NCBI RefSeq assembly: GCF_048593235.1
Contig: NC_133621.1
Span: 78,111,148-78,175,147 of the forward strand
Source of the DNA: Sminthopsis crassicaudata
Lineage: Eukaryota
DNA: 64,000 nt
Direction: 5' to 3'
In this document: piece after piece, positions 63,865 to 64,000 of the stretch
How positions within the stretch are numbered: position 1 is the stretch's first letter
How the letters are laid out: each line of letters begins with the position of its first letter
Position numbers and translations under genes: made by a program
The notes under the pieces: generated by a model
Database searches by the model: none
The model's input: only the letters and a program-made list of their open reading frames with translations
What the model was told of the DNA's origin: nothing

Positions 63865-64000
63865 TGACTTATAATAGTAACTGACATTTATATAATACTA
63901 TGTGCTAGGGCACTGGTCTAAATACTTTAAGATTATTAACTCATTTGATCCTCACCAACCACGCTTGAGAGTTAGGTGCTATTTTCATACCCATTTTTCA
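63865..64000 (-). mobile_element. MIR SINE, runs off the window end
   Basis: tagtaactgacatttatataatactatgtgctagggcactgg...aactcatttgatcctcacc...gttaggtgctattttcatacccatttt. Confidence 0.75.

Noticed and set aside
1-64000. CRISPR arrays, rRNA, snRNA/7SL/Y RNA copies, NUMTs, CpG island, endogenous non-retroviral virus genes
   Set aside because: No repeat-spacer periodicity or recognisable signature found by eye; highly decayed copies could be missed without BLAST/Infernal.

Overview
This is AT-rich, strongly CpG-depleted mammalian genomic DNA, almost certainly marsupial and probably dasyurid (Tasmanian devil/dunnart-like). That assignment rests on WSINE1-like and MAR1-like SINEs and marsupial-type L1 ends, all recognised by eye. 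It looks like intronic or intergenic sequence, and I cannot support any host protein-coding gene. Contents: L1 fragments (two with clear ORF2 remnants), many MIR/L2/CR1 relics, two solo LTRs, hAT-type MITEs, microsatellites and eight N-runs. Best observations: (1) a TSD-flanked SINE carrying a 72-nt unique 3' extension, ATTAAA and A31 (probable 3' transduction); (2) an L1 5'UTR-only fragment with no tail but flanked by an apparent TSD inside a MAR1 SINE; (3) a ~280-bp element present twice 2.6 kb apart with a perfectly conserved 36-bp core; (4) a CpG-retaining, repeat-free segment near 52 kb with enhancer or exon character; (5) well-resolved nested insertions. None is a demonstrated new biological system. 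Repeat family names come from memory of consensus sequences and need Dfam/RepBase confirmation. Boundaries of old repeats are approximate (tens of bp).
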